A stretch of 64,000 nucleotides of DNA from the sequence record NZ_LR134467.1. One strand, 5' to 3'. Position 1 is the first letter of the stretch. Each line of letters starts with the position of its first letter. Below the pieces are notes generated by a model. It did not search any database. It was not told the DNA's origin and saw only the letters and a list, made by a program, of their open reading frames with translations. Shown here piece by piece: positions 19,102 to 34,356 of this stretch. The position numbers and the translations under genes are program-made. Source of the stretch: a plasmid.

Positions 19102-19213
19102 CTGGCACCCCTCACCCGTCCGTGGCGGACATGTGTCACCGGGCCGCTGCTGACACGGCCCTACTGACGGGTAACGGTACTACTAAACACCACTCAATAA
19201 CAGTGGTTCGCGC

Positions 19214-20392
19214 TCAGTACGCGACGTTGAGGCCCACCTTCTGGAACTCCTTGAGCTCGCTGTAGCCGGCCTTCGCCATCGACCGGCGCAGGCCTCCGAC
19301 CAGGTTCATCTGGCCGTTCGGCTCCGTCGACGGGCCGGTGAGGATGGTGGCGAGCGACGGCGCGGTGCCCGCGGCGGCGCCCTCCCCCGCATCCAGCCCA
19401 CCGAGCTGCGCGGGCGCGACCGCACCGCGCGGCATCGACGGGTGCGCCGCCACCGACGGCCAGTACCAGCCCTTGCCCGGCGCCTCGGCGGCGATCGCCA
19501 GCGGCGCGCCCAGCATGGTGGCGTCGGCGCCGCACGCGATGGCGCGGGCCACGTCGCCGGAGCTGTAGATGTCGCCGTCCGCGATGACGTGGACGTACCG
19601 GCCGCCGGTCTCATCGAGGTAGTCCCGGCGGGCCGCCGCCGCGTCCGCGATGGCGGTCGCCATCGGCACGCCGATGCCGAGCACCTCGCGGGTGGTGGTG
19701 GCGCCCTCGGCCGAGCCGTAGCCCACGATGACGCCTGCGGCGCCCGTGCGCATGAGGTGCAGCGCGGTGCGGTGATCGCTCACGCCGCCGGCCACGACCG
19801 GCACGTCGAGGTCGCCGATGAAGGTCTTGAGGTTGAGCGGCTCCCCCGCCGAGTCCTCGTTCGAGACGTGCTCGGCCGAGATGATGGTGCCGTGGATGAC
19901 CAGCAGGTCGATGCCCGCCTTCACCAGCACCGGGGTCAGCTCGCGGGCGCGCTGCGGGGACACGCGGACGGCGACCGTCACCCCTGCGTCGCGGACCCGG
20001 CCGACGGCCGCGGCCAGCAGCTCGGGATCGAGCGGCGCGGCGTGCAGCTCCTGCAGGCGGCGGATCGCCGCGATGCCCGTGATGTCGGACGCGGCCAGGT
20101 CGACGACCTGCTCCAGCTGTGCCTCCGCGTCGCGGTGCCGGGAGAACAGGCCCTCCGCGTTGAGCACGCCCAGGCCGCCCAGCTTGCCGAGCTCGATCGC
20201 GAAGTCCGGCGAACCGATCGCGTCCGTCGGGTGCGAGAGGATCGGGGTGTCGAAGCGGTACGCGTCGAGCTGCCAGGCGGTGGACACCTCCTTCGAGGAG
20301 CGGGTGCGCCGCGAGGGGACGATGTTCACGTCCTGCAGCTCGTAGGTGCGCCGGGCCGTACGACCCATGCCGATCTCAACCATGTCGCGCAA
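19214..20392 (-). CDS. guaB3: IMP dehydrogenase family protein GuaB3
   Basis: 392-aa IMPDH-like TIM barrel without a CBS pair. It lies immediately downstream of guaB, as for Rv3410c. Confidence 0.85.
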   Translation of the reverse strand: MRDMVEIGMGRTARRTYELQDVNIVPSRRTRSSKEVSTAWQLDAYRFDTPILSHPTDAIGSPDFAIELGKLGGLGVLNAEGLFSRHRDAEAQLEQVVDLAASDITGIAAIRRLQELHAAPLDPELLAAAVGRVRDAGVTVAVRVSPQRARELTPVLVKAGIDLLVIHGTIISAEHVSNEDSAGEPLNLKTFIGDLDVPVVAGGVSDHRTALHLMRTGAAGVIVGYGSAEGATTTREVLGIGVPMATAIADAAAARRDYLDETGGRYVHVIADGDIYSSGDVARAIACGADATMLGAPLAIAAEAPGKGWYWPSVAAHPSMPRGAVAPAQLGGLDAGEGAAAGTAPSLATILTGPSTEPNGQMNLVGGLRRSMAKAGYSELKEFQKVGLNVAY

Positions 20393-20450
20393 CGCGCTCA
20401 GTCCTTCCGATTCCGGAGCGGCCGCTCCGAATGTGCCAGTTCAGCAGGGT

Positions 20451-23725
<3,275 letters not shown>

Positions 23726-23736
<11 letters not shown>

Positions 23737-24298
23737 CTTCTTTCGCGATCTGGTTCTTCAGCTTCGTCAGCGCGCGGTGCTGAGCCACGCGGACGGCACC
23801 GGCGGTACCGCCCACGGCCTCCGCGGTCTCCTCGGCCGACAGGCCGACGACCACGCGGAGGATCAGGATCTCGCGCTGTTTCTCGGGGAGCGTGCTCAGG
23901 AGCCGGGCCATGTCACGGCTCGCCTCGGTGGCGAGCGCGTGGCTCTCGGGCCCGCCTTCCAGCGACGCTCTCTCTGGGATCTCGCCGACGGGGTCGGATT
24001 TGTTACGCGAGGCGTTCCGGAAGCCGTCCGCGACCTTGTGCGCGGCGATGCCGTACACGAACGCCATGAACGGGCGCCCCTGGTCCTCGTAACGGGGCAG
24101 GGCCGTCATCACAGCCATGCACACCTCCTGCGTGAGATCCTCAGCCGACAGCGAGTGACGCTCGCCGCCACCGACCCGCGCGCGGCAGTACCGCACGACG
24201 AGGGGTCGGATGGTGTCGAGGACATCTGCGAGCGCCGACCTGTCACCGCGCGCTGCCTCGCGCACGGCCCGGTCGAGCTCCTCACCTGTCAGATTCAT
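23726..24298 (-). CDS. sigD: ECF sigma factor SigD
   Basis: 190 aa. Sigma-70 region 2 (LTQEVCMAVMTALPRYED) and region 4 (REILILRVVVGLSAEETAEAVGGTAGAVRVAQHRALTKL). Confidence 0.85.
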
Positions 24299-24318
24299 CG
24301 CCAGCCTGCATTCCGCCG

Positions 24319-25167
24319 TTACACCCCTGCCAGATCCGCGCCATCACGAATCCATTCCTCCTCCAGAACGGCGACGATCCGCGCCGCAGCCGCCCCCCGA
24401 CCCTCTCCTCCTGACGTGCCGCTCATCATTTTGGCTCCGGCCCACCTTAGAGGATTCAACACCGCCTCGGTGGCGACCCGGTAGGCCTGCTCGACCAGTT
24501 CCACCGCCCGGTCGGCCTGCCCCGAGGCCATCGCCGCGGCGCCCGCGATGAGGAGCGTCTTCGCGTGATGACGAGGCCGGCCCGGCCCCGGATCGGCCGT
24601 GAGCAGGGCGCCGACCGCGTCCGCCGCGCCCGCGGCGTCCCCGGAGTACACGGCCAGCTCGGCCGCGACCCAGTCCCGGCGCAGGCGCGCGCGGGGCACC
24701 GTCCACCACGGCCCCGGCGACGGCTGCGCAGCGCCTCCCCCGGCACTCCCCGCCGCACCGGCGTCGTGCGCGGCGAGATGCTCATCGGCCCGCGCGAGGA
24801 GGCGCGCGCTCAGCGCGTAGCGGCCGGTACCGAGGGCGTCCGCTGCGAGCCCGACGGTCGCGTCGGCCGCCCATGCCACACTCATGTCGTACACAGGTTG
24901 TTCACACCCTGTGTATGCAAGAGCAAGCGCGGTGCCGTCGGGGACCGCGGCGGCGCGGTGCCGGCCGGACTGCCGCAGCATCGACGCCTCGAGGCACCGT
25001 GCGGCGGAGGCGAAGGGACCGTCGACCACGGGGGCCGTGAGGGTGCGCGCGGCGGCGAACCGTCCGGCACCCGCGAGCGCGACCGCCCGGAGCCACGCTC
25101 GCCCCTGCGGACCGTCGAGCGGCCCGGCGGGACCGCAGTCCGCACCGAACGCCGCGGCGAGGAGCAC
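24319..25167 (-). CDS. conserved hypothetical protein (Rv3415c-like position)
   Basis: Ala-rich ORF in the conserved slot between sigD and whiB3. The 5' boundary is uncertain because the tracked ORF start at 25242 extends into low-GC promoter-like DNA. Confidence 0.45.
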   Translation of the reverse strand: MLLAAAFGADCGPAGPLDGPQGRAWLRAVALAGAGRFAAARTLTAPVVDGPFASAARCLEASMLRQSGRHRAAAVPDGTALALAYTGCEQPVYDMSVAWAADATVGLAADALGTGRYALSARLLARADEHLAAHDAGAAGSAGGGAAQPSPGPWWTVPRARLRRDWVAAELAVYSGDAAGAADAVGALLTADPGPGRPRHHAKTLLIAGAAAMASGQADRAVELVEQAYRVATEAVLNPLRWAGAKMMSGTSGGEGRGAAAARIVAVLEEEWIRDGADLAGV

Positions 25168-25576
25168 CTCCGCGGAGGGCCCCGAGTGTCCAGTTTCCAA
25201 AGATTTAACCTTCCGGAATTTGCAGCCGTGACAATGGATCACCGAGGCCGTTCACGGGCGTTGAGGTTACCGTCATGTAAGACGTTTCCCGTCCGTCCGC
25301 AGCCTGTGAACGCCCCATTGGTACGGCGTACGACAATTCAAAACTTACCACTACCTGGGCGAACACTTCCCGAGACACTCACTTCACAGTCGCAATTCCT
25401 CAGGTGCACACCGGCGTAATGAATGAACACGACGTTAATTCTCACGCTGATCGAATCACCCCCCGGATACCCCGGAACGGGTTGACCTTCGTCTGGCGAA
25501 CTGCCTACGGTGAGTGCGCGAGAGGAACAACGACGTTTCCACGCCCGCGAGAACGCCGAGTGTCTGGAGAATGCGC

Positions 25577-25879
25577 ATGCCTCAACCCAACGAGCTCCCC
25601 GGTCCCAACTCGGATTTCTGGGACTGGCAGATGCATGGCGTGTGTCGCGGGGTCGACAGCTCGGTGTTCTTCCATCCGGACGGCGAGCGCGGCCGGGCCC
25701 GTGCGCAGCGCGAGCGGCGCGCCAAGGAGCTGTGCCGCACCTGCCCCGTCCTCGCGCAGTGCCGCACGCACGCGATCGCGGTCGCCGAGCCCTACGGCAT
25801 CTGGGGCGGCCTGTCGGAGTCGGAGCGCGCCGCCCTCACCGCGAAGTCGCGGGTCAAGACCAGCCGCATCGCCGGCTGA
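25577..25879 (+). CDS. whiB3: WhiB-family redox-sensing regulator WhiB3
   Basis: MPQPNELPGPNSDFWDWQMHGVCRGVDSSVFFHPDGERGRARAQRERRAKELCRTCPVLAQCRTHAIAVAEPYGIWGGLSESER is near-identical in pattern to M. tuberculosis WhiB3, with 4 Cys and a GIWGG turn. Confidence 0.9.
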   Translation: MPQPNELPGPNSDFWDWQMHGVCRGVDSSVFFHPDGERGRARAQRERRAKELCRTCPVLAQCRTHAIAVAEPYGIWGGLSESERAALTAKSRVKTSRIAG

Positions 25880-25894
25880 CCCGCCCCGAACACG

Positions 25895-25928
25895 GGAGCG
25901 CCCCCGACCTCGCGGTCGGGGGCGCTCC
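25895..25928. terminator. bidirectional GC hairpin between convergent whiB3 and groEL1
   Basis: GGAGCGCCCCCGAC-CTCGCG-GTCGGGGGCGCTCC is a perfect 14-bp stem. Confidence 0.55.
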
Positions 25929-25957
25929 GTCTGTTCGAGCAGTGCCCGGGGGCTCGC

Positions 25958-27568
<1,611 letters not shown>

Positions 27569-27597
27569 TCAAAGCTCCTCAAGCTCTGCGGAAACGG

Positions 27598-27643
27598 CCG
27601 GACCGCCCGTCCCCGGCGGTTTCCCAGGGGCCGGGCGGTCCGG
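27598..27643 (-). other. perfect 12-bp inverted repeat (CCGGACCGCCCG...CGGGCGGTCCGG) in groES-groEL1 intercistronic region
   Basis: Seen directly. It is likely an intra-operon attenuator or processing stem-loop. Confidence 0.4.
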
Positions 27644-27662
27644 AATTCGCACGTGTGCGCCG

Positions 27663-27962
27663 TTACTTGCCGATGACGGCCAGGACGTCGCGCGCGGAGA
27701 GCACGAGGTACTCCTCGCCGTTGTAGTTGAACTCGGTGCCGCCGTACTTGCTGAACAGCACGGTGTCGCCCTCGTTGATGCCGGTCGGAACCCGGTTGCC
27801 CTGCTCGGTCACGCGACCCTCGCCCACGGCGACGACGGTGCCGGTCTGCGGCTTCTCCTTGGCGGTGTCCGGGATGACCAGACCCGACGCGGTGGTGGTC
27901 TCGGCCTCGGTGGCCTTGACCAGGATCTTGTCGTCAAGCGGCTTGATGTTCACGCTCGCCAC
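27663..27962 (-). CDS. groES: co-chaperonin GroES
   Basis: 99 aa. GTG start, [15 protein letters not shown]... Confidence 0.95.
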   Translation of the reverse strand: MASVNIKPLDDKILVKATEAETTTASGLVIPDTAKEKPQTGTVVAVGEGRVTEQGNRVPTGINEGDTVLFSKYGGTEFNYNGEEYLVLSARDVLAVIGK

Positions 27963-28080
27963 AGTTCGCCTCCATGTGTGGAAAATCTTCTGTCATGTTG
28001 GGTGGCCCGAAAGTCACAGCCGTCGTCGCGGGTGCCGGCGTCACCTTGTGCGCGCGGAACTCCCCGCACACACGAACCAC

Positions 28081-28107
28081 TTAGCACTCTACCGATGGGA
28101 GTGCTAG
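28081..28107 (-). promoter_or_regulatory. CIRCE element (HrcA operator) upstream of groES
   Basis: TTAGCACTC-TACCGATGG-GAGTGCTAG matches the consensus TTAGCACTC-N9-GAGTGCTAA with one mismatch. An extra half-site copy TAGCACTC follows immediately at 28104-28111. Confidence 0.8.
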
Positions 28108-28132
28108 CACTCAAGGGCGGTCGTGGAACAAC

Positions 28133-29524
28133 TCAATGGGTGAGGTGCTCGACCATCAGAACCTGCAGTTCACCGACGAGGAAGCCGAGGATCGCGCCGA
28201 CCATGATCAGCGTCTTCTCGTCCGCCTGGAAGGCCGGGCGCAGCACACCCTCGAACTCGTCGGGGCTCATCGCCGCCATCTTCTGCACCATCGTCGTGCG
28301 GATGTCGAGCTTCGCGTCCAGGTAGTCGTTCGCGTCCGCGAGCATCACCGGCATCGAGGCGACGAAGTCGTCCGCGCCCGCCCGCGACATCGGGCCGATC
28401 TGCGTCATGTCCAGGCCGCCCGCGACCTTCCCCACCTGCCCGCCGACGGCGCCCCCGACCATCCCCACGGCATCGGCGACCACGCCGACGAGGTTGCCGG
28501 CCGTGAGCGGCCCGACGCCCAGCTTGTCGAGGCCGAGGCTGTCCGAGTTGCTGCGCAGCGCCTTCTCGACGCTCGGCATCTCGTCCTCCATCGCCTCGCG
28601 GAGCACCGCGGCCACGACGGTCACCAGCTGGTCGCGCTGCGGGCCGGTGAACAGCGAGCGCACCAGCCGCTCGGCGGTGAGCACGCGGGTGGCGATGAGC
28701 GCGCCGTACTCCTCGGAGACCGGGATGCGGTGCTTCTGGAACAGTCCCTGCCACGGGATGAAGCCCAGGTACTTCTTCGGTTCCTTGGGATTGAAGATGA
28801 GCCGCAGCGCGGCCCAGTCCGTGAACCAGCCGGTGAAGAGGCCGAAGAGCGGCATGATCCACGGATTGCGGAAGAGGGCCCAGCACGCGGCCTGCAGCAG
28901 GCCGATGAAGAAGCCGAAGACGAGGCCGCTGTTGCGGATGAAGGCGAACTCCCGCCGGCCCACGTCGAGGAACATCTTCTCCAGCACGTCGGGGTCGGCC
29001 AGCACCTCCCGCGTGACCATCTCCTTGAGATCGAAGACCTCGTCGATGTTCTCCCGGATCGCCGTCACCAGCTTCGGAATCAGGTCCCGCGCGATCACCT
29101 GCGCGCGCTGGATCACCAGGTCGCGGGCCGCCGTGGGAAGGAGGTTCCAGAGGGCGGGCTGGTACTCCGCGGCGACGACCGGCACGATCCGCGCGACCTC
29201 GCGCCGCAGCTGCCGCTCCATCCGGTCGCCCAGCTCGTCCGCGTCGACCTTCTCGAGGATGTCCGACGCCGAGACCAGCCGGTCGGTCAGGGTGTCGCAC
29301 AGCACCTCGACCATCTGCGGCGCCCGCTTGGGGATGATGCCCTGCCAGCCGAGCTTGCCGATGCCCTTGAACCGGTGCGGCCGGAACATCATCCGGATGG
29401 CGACGACCTTGGTCCCGTAGCCGATGAGGGCCGCGATGACCGGCATGGACAGGTAGATGAGCCAGTTCCGCTGAACGTCCGCAGTGATCTCGGCCCAGGT
29501 CTGCATGGCGGCCACCCTACGCAC
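28133..29524 (-). CDS. DUF445-family membrane-associated protein
   Basis: 463 aa with an N-terminal TM region and large helical domains. The architecture is typical of DUF445 (YjiN-like). Confidence 0.55.
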   Translation of the reverse strand: MRRVAAMQTWAEITADVQRNWLIYLSMPVIAALIGYGTKVVAIRMMFRPHRFKGIGKLGWQGIIPKRAPQMVEVLCDTLTDRLVSASDILEKVDADELGDRMERQLRREVARIVPVVAAEYQPALWNLLPTAARDLVIQRAQVIARDLIPKLVTAIRENIDEVFDLKEMVTREVLADPDVLEKMFLDVGRREFAFIRNSGLVFGFFIGLLQAACWALFRNPWIMPLFGLFTGWFTDWAALRLIFNPKEPKKYLGFIPWQGLFQKHRIPVSEEYGALIATRVLTAERLVRSLFTGPQRDQLVTVVAAVLREAMEDEMPSVEKALRSNSDSLGLDKLGVGPLTAGNLVGVVADAVGMVGGAVGGQVGKVAGGLDMTQIGPMSRAGADDFVASMPVMLADANDYLDAKLDIRTTMVQKMAAMSPDEFEGVLRPAFQADEKTLIMVGAILGFLVGELQVLMVEHLTH

Positions 29525-29548
29525 GACGACCGGTGATCGTGATGTGAA

Positions 29549-30427
29549 TCACACGACCGGTCGCCCACCGCGAGACCCCGCCGCCGGGCCCCGGGCCAGG
29601 TACCCCGCCAGGTGCGGCGCCCGCGTCGTGATCTCGGCGATCCGGTCGTCGTTCCGGTCCGCGGCGCCGTCGAGCCGGCGCCGGGTCTCTTCGTCCATCG
29701 GGTAGAAGGCCTCGAGGACGAGGCTCTCGAGCACCACATCGCGCGGCCCGCCGAACGTCGTGAGGGTGCTGGCGAAAGCGAGCTCGCCCCCGTCGTCGCC
29801 CCGCATCCGGAACGGGACGAAGACGCCCGGCACGGGATCGGGGTCGACGGTGCCCGGCGGCGCGGGGTAATCGCTCAGCTCGCGGTACAGCTCGCCGAGC
29901 CGGGGGTCCGCGGTGCGTTCGTGCGAACGGCGCACCCGGGCGAGCACGGAGTCCCGCACCTGCGCGTGATTGAGCAGGCGCGGCGCGAGACCGTCGGGGT
30001 GCAGCGTCAACCGCATGACGTTGAGCGGCGGGGCGAGCAGCGCGGCGTCGACGCCCGTGACGAACAGCGCGGCTCCCGCGTTCGCGGTCAGCAGGTCGAA
30101 TCCCGCGCCGAGGACCAGCGCGGGATAGGGAGAGTGGGCGGCGAGGACCGTCTCGAGCGCCGCGCGCACGGGCCGCATGGGCGCGTCGTCGAGGCCGTGC
30201 GCGGTGTACGCCGGCGCGAACCCGGCGGCCAGCAGGGCCTCGTTGCGGGCGCCGAGCGGCATGTCGAGCTGCTCCCCCAGCGCGGCGACGAGGCGCCGGC
30301 TCGGTCGCGCGCGCCCGGTCTCCACGAAACTCAGATGACGCGCGGAGACGCCCACCGCGAGCGCGACGTCGAGCTGGGTGCGGCGCCGCCGCACGCGCCA
30401 GTCCCGGATCATCTCGCCGCACGTCAT
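29549..30427 (-). CDS. MmyB-like XRE-family transcriptional regulator
   Basis: N-terminal HTH LDVALAVGVSARHLSFVETGRARPS plus a C-terminal MmyB-type ligand-binding domain. Confidence 0.75.
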   Translation of the reverse strand: MTCGEMIRDWRVRRRRTQLDVALAVGVSARHLSFVETGRARPSRRLVAALGEQLDMPLGARNEALLAAGFAPAYTAHGLDDAPMRPVRAALETVLAAHSPYPALVLGAGFDLLTANAGAALFVTGVDAALLAPPLNVMRLTLHPDGLAPRLLNHAQVRDSVLARVRRSHERTADPRLGELYRELSDYPAPPGTVDPDPVPGVFVPFRMRGDDGGELAFASTLTTFGGPRDVVLESLVLEAFYPMDEETRRRLDGAADRNDDRIAEITTRAPHLAGYLARGPAAGSRGGRPVV

Positions 30428-30514
30428 CGTCTCGACGCTAGCCGCGACCGGTAGGCGTTCGCATTACCTCGCAGGTAATCGACGCCCGGCGTACTCGTCG
30501 CGAGACTCGTCGGC

Positions 30515-30961
30515 ATGACGACCACGATCACCACCTCCGACCCGCTCTCGCCCGCCTTCACCCTGATGGCGGCGGGCCGCATCGCCTGGGGCACCGCCGC
30601 GGTCCTCGCCCCGCGTACCAATCTGCGGGTGGCGGGCGCGCCGTCGCTGGGCGCGCCGCACACCGACTACCTGATCGGCGTGTTCGGGGCGCGCGCCCTC
30701 GCGATCGGACTCGGCTACGTCACCGGCGACGCGGCGACGCGGGCGCGGTGGCGGCGCTTCGGCCTGCTCATCGACGTGGTCGACACGGTGAACGGGCTCG
30801 CCCGGCTCGCAGCCGTCGACGACGCGGAGTCGCGCCGTGCCGGTCGCCTGATGGTGGCGATCACCGGCGCCTACGCGATCGTCGGGCTGACGGACGCCGC
30901 CACTGGCATCGTCCGGTCCCGTCAGACCGCCCGCCGCGCCCGGTCCGCCCTGGCCGCGTAG
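30515..30961 (+). CDS. small integral membrane protein (divergent from MmyB-like regulator)
   Basis: 148 aa with 4 predicted TM helices. Confidence 0.45.
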   Translation: MTTTITTSDPLSPAFTLMAAGRIAWGTAAVLAPRTNLRVAGAPSLGAPHTDYLIGVFGARALAIGLGYVTGDAATRARWRRFGLLIDVVDTVNGLARLAAVDDAESRRAGRLMVAITGAYAIVGLTDAATGIVRSRQTARRARSALAA

Positions 30962-32670
30962 GCGGCGCCGACCCCGAGCAGGGTGATCCCCACCAGCAGG
31001 AAGGCGATCACGCGCACGGCACCGTCGAGGGCGGCGAGGTCGAAGAGGAAGAGCTTCGCGACGGCGCCCGCGATGAGCGCCAGGCCCGCGACGGTGCCTG
31101 CCGTGCCCCCGTCGCGCCGCCGCTGCAGGAGCAGGTACGCGCCCGTGGTGATCCAGGCGACGGTCGCGACACCGTGGCCCCAGCGGGCGCCCTCCGCGCC
31201 GCCGAGGGCCCAGCCGACGTTCGCGAACAGCGCGGTGGCCGCACCGAGGGCCGCGACGCCGCAGACCGCGCCGACGAGGTTGCGCGCCTCCTCGGGAACC
31301 TGCGGCAGCAGGCGCCACGCGGCGACGACGGCGAGTGCGAGGGCGAGGGCCGCGGTCGCGAGGGCCGGGGCGGTGCCCGCGCCGAGGCGGACCGCGGAGT
31401 CGAGCAGGGTCACCGTCGGGCCGTACTGCTCGAGCGCGATCGCGAGACCCACGCCCCCGAGGGCCGCGCCGGCCCAGCAGGCCGACGGTTCGCGGCCGGC
31501 CGCGACGAGCGCGCCGACGCCGAGCGCGAGCACGACCGCGGGCAGCGAGGCGGAGGGCGTGGCGACGAGGGCGCCGATGAGCGCGGCGAAGGCGGCGACG
31601 CCGAACCACACGCCGCGGACCGCGGGCGCGGTACCCGACATCAGGCCGAGCGCGACCGCCGCGGCGACCAGGGCGAGGGCGGCGAAGGCCGCCGCCCAGT
31701 CGGGAGCGCCGGTCGTCGCCAGCAGGACGGGCGCCGACGAGACGATGCCGGCGGCGACCAGCGCCCAGGACCGGCCGGCGCGGGCGTCGGGGTCGGCTGC
31801 GGCGAGCAGGCCGACGACGGCGCCGAGCACCGTCGCACCGAGGATCGGCAGCGCGTCGGACGGGCCGGCGGCGAGGGCCAGCACCGCGAGGGTGAGCGAG
31901 GTGCCGGCCGAGCGGACCACGTGGAGCCAGGGCCAAGCGGCCGGGCGGGAGACGCCGATCGAGGCGATCGCGAGGATCAGGGTGAAGCCGCCGAGCAGGT
32001 AGGCGTTGCCGGCGAGCGGCGGCGCCAGCAGGTGGACCGGCGCGTAGAGCGCGATCCCGAGCCACTGGCTGCGCCAGCGCTGGGCCAGCGCGAGGCCGCC
32101 GAGGGCGATGAGACCCGACAGCGTGAGCCCGACGACCGGGGGCACCCATTCGTAGATCCCCGTGACCGCGACGGTGTCGAGGTAGGCAGCGGCGATGCCG
32201 GTGGCGGCGAGCGCGGCGGACCCGATGCGGCCGCCGGGCCGGCGGTGCAGCCAGAGCGCCGCCCCGAGGAGGCCCGCGGCGAGCGCGGTGCCGAGGCCGA
32301 CGCGGACCGCGGGGCCGAGGAGTCCCGCCTGCGCGGCGAGGACGAGGAGCAGGGCGACGCCGATGAGCGTGACGAGGACGCCCGCGCCGGCGAGCACCCG
32401 CGCGACGGTGAAGACGGGCGGCCGTGCGGGCCGTGCCGGTGCGGGAGCGGGGAACGGCACCGGCGGGGGCGGCGGTACGGGCCGCGGCTGGGCCTGAGGC
32501 CGGGGAGCCTGCACGGGCCGCTGCGCCTGGGTGATGAGCACGGGGGCGGCGACGGGCCGCTGCATCGCGCCGAGCTCGGCCTGCATCCACTGCAGCCTGC
32601 GGACGGTGATGTCGAGTTCGGTGGCGAGCCGGGCGATCCGGGGGTCCGACTGCGAGGTGATCTGTGGCAT
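30922..32670 (-). CDS. polytopic membrane protein, DUF2339-like (N-terminal coiled coil + Pro-rich linker + ~14 TM)
   Basis: The start was chosen at MPQITSQSDPRIARLATELDITVRRLQWMQAELGAMQ. The tracked ORF 30922..34053 is an off-start artefact that fuses into the next gene region. Confidence 0.55.
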   Translation of the reverse strand: MPQITSQSDPRIARLATELDITVRRLQWMQAELGAMQRPVAAPVLITQAQRPVQAPRPQAQPRPVPPPPPVPFPAPAPARPARPPVFTVARVLAGAGVLVTLIGVALLLVLAAQAGLLGPAVRVGLGTALAAGLLGAALWLHRRPGGRIGSAALAATGIAAAYLDTVAVTGIYEWVPPVVGLTLSGLIALGGLALAQRWRSQWLGIALYAPVHLLAPPLAGNAYLLGGFTLILAIASIGVSRPAAWPWLHVVRSAGTSLTLAVLALAAGPSDALPILGATVLGAVVGLLAAADPDARAGRSWALVAAGIVSSAPVLLATTGAPDWAAAFAALALVAAAVALGLMSGTAPAVRGVWFGVAAFAALIGALVATPSASLPAVVLALGVGALVAAGREPSACWAGAALGGVGLAIALEQYGPTVTLLDSAVRLGAGTAPALATAALALALAVVAAWRLLPQVPEEARNLVGAVCGVAALGAATALFANVGWALGGAEGARWGHGVATVAWITTGAYLLLQRRRDGGTAGTVAGLALIAGAVAKLFLFDLAALDGAVRVIAFLLVGITLLGVGAAYAARADRARRAV

Positions 32671-32717
32671 GCCCTTACGCTGCCGCGCCGGGAGGCGGCG
32701 CGGCAGCGTAGGACTAC

Positions 32718-34295
32718 TCAGAGGTCGGCGGTACTTCCCACCTCGGCCTGCGCCGCGGGGGCCTGCACCCCGGAGACGGGCGCCGCGGCGGGGGCGGCAC
32801 CGTCGGACCGGCCGGGGCGGGCCAGGGCGAGCACCGTCACCGTGCCCGCGAGGCCGACGAGGGTGAGCCCGACGACAACGGCGATGGCTGTGGTCATCCC
32901 GGGCAGCAGCTGCCCGGGCAGGGCCTCGCTCCCCGCGCTGGTGGTGATCGCGGTGACGACGGCCATCATCACGGCGCCGCCCACCTGGATGAAGGTGTTG
33001 AGCAGGCCGGAGGCGAGGCCCTGCTCGTCGTCGTCCACACCCTCGGTGGCCTGGGAGTTCACCGCCGGGAACGTGAGGGCGAAGCCCACGCCGAGCAACA
33101 GGATCGTCGGGAACAGGAACAGCCAGTAGCTGGCCCCGGCCTCCGCGCGGAGGAACCACACGTACGCGCCGAGGAAGGCGGTGAGGCCGACTGCCACGAG
33201 GACAGTGCTGTTCACACGGTCGAGGACGGCGTCGATCTTGGTGGCCGAGGCCACCACGAGCAGGCCGGCGGGCAGGAAGGCGAGCGACATGGCGACGGGG
33301 CTCCAGCCCAGCGAGTCCTGCACGTAGAGCGTGACCAGGAACTGGAAGGCCGCGTAGCCGCCGAACATGACGAAGCCGGCGAGGTTGGCGTGCACCAGCC
33401 GGACGGAGCGCAGGATGCCCAGCCGGACCAGCGGGTGCCTGTGCTTGGCCTCGATGACGACGAAGGCCACTGCGAGCAGCGCGGACACGGCGAACAGGGT
33501 CAGCACCGTCGGCGAGGTCCAGCCGAGGTGGGGCGCCTGGACCACCGTGTAGACGAGGATCAGGAGCGCGCCGGTCGAGGTGACGGCCCCGGCCACGTCG
33601 AAGCGCTTGAGCGCGAAGGTCTCCGACGGTGCGGTCCGCGGGATGACCTTCCACCCCAGCACGACGAGCGCGAGGGCGACGGGGCCGGGGAACAGCAGGG
33701 TGAGCCGGTAGGACAGCTCGGTGAGCAGGCCGCCGAAGACGAGGCCCATCGAGAAGCCGGAGGCTCCCGCGACGGTGTAGATGGAGAAGGCCTTGTTGCG
33801 GGCCGGTCCCTCGGCGAAGGTCGTGGTGATGATCGACAGGCCCGCCGGGACGGTGAAGGCCGCGGCGACGCCCTTGATGAAGCGCAGCGCGATGAGCGCG
33901 GTCGGCACGTCGACGAAGGCGGTGGCGACGGAGGCGACGCCGAAGACGAGGACGGCGCCGAGGAAGACGGGGCGCCGGCCGATCAGGTCCGCCGCGCGGC
34001 CGCCGAGCAGCAGCAGGCCGCCGTAGCCGAGGACGTAGCCGGAGACGATCCACTGCAGGGACGACGGGTCCATGCCGAGGGCCGCCTTGATGGAGGGCAG
34101 TGCCACGCCGACCATCGAGATGTCGAGGGCGTCCAGGAACAGGGCGCCGCAGAGGACGAGCAGGAGCAGCCAGGTGCGGGAGGTCCAGCCGGAGGCGGTG
34201 GTGACGTGGAGCTCTTCCCTCCCGGGGGTCGGGTTCGACGGTGCTGTCGGGGGTTCGTGTGTCGTGGTCACTCCGGAGACTCTATGCGCACGCAT
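32718..34295 (-). CDS. MFS transporter (DHA2-like, 14 TM)
   Basis: 525 aa. MFS signature GRAADLIGRRPVFLGAVLVFGVAS. The ATG at 34295 lies inside the palindromic operator, so the true start may be a few codons downstream. Confidence 0.8.
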   Translation of the reverse strand: MRAHRVSGVTTTHEPPTAPSNPTPGREELHVTTASGWTSRTWLLLLVLCGALFLDALDISMVGVALPSIKAALGMDPSSLQWIVSGYVLGYGGLLLLGGRAADLIGRRPVFLGAVLVFGVASVATAFVDVPTALIALRFIKGVAAAFTVPAGLSIITTTFAEGPARNKAFSIYTVAGASGFSMGLVFGGLLTELSYRLTLLFPGPVALALVVLGWKVIPRTAPSETFALKRFDVAGAVTSTGALLILVYTVVQAPHLGWTSPTVLTLFAVSALLAVAFVVIEAKHRHPLVRLGILRSVRLVHANLAGFVMFGGYAAFQFLVTLYVQDSLGWSPVAMSLAFLPAGLLVVASATKIDAVLDRVNSTVLVAVGLTAFLGAYVWFLRAEAGASYWLFLFPTILLLGVGFALTFPAVNSQATEGVDDDEQGLASGLLNTFIQVGGAVMMAVVTAITTSAGSEALPGQLLPGMTTAIAVVVGLTLVGLAGTVTVLALARPGRSDGAAPAAAPVSGVQAPAAQAEVGSTADL

Positions 34296-34319
34296 TAAAT
34301 GTGTCTACATTTAATGCGT
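34290..34319. promoter_or_regulatory. perfect 13-bp inverted repeat operator (ACGCATTAAATGT-GTCT-ACATTTAATGCGT) between divergent MFS and MarR genes
   Basis: Seen directly. It is AT-rich within 70% GC DNA and is a classic MarR-type operator. Confidence 0.55.
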
Positions 34320-34356
34320 GGGAATATTTTGCGTCGGTCCGGTGTAGACTGCGGGC

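Noticed and set aside
16354-19167. 937-aa + strand ORF across the AlkD-like and choD region
   Set aside because: It lies antisense to two well-supported minus-strand genes and has a wrong-frame composition.
30464-33129. ORFs 30464..32590 - (708 aa), 30748..33129 + (793 aa) and the 1043-aa ORF 30922..34053 -
   Set aside because: Arg/Gly/Asp-rich artefacts. The real reading is the 583-aa DUF2339-like membrane protein starting at 32670, with the MFS transporter in the next frame.
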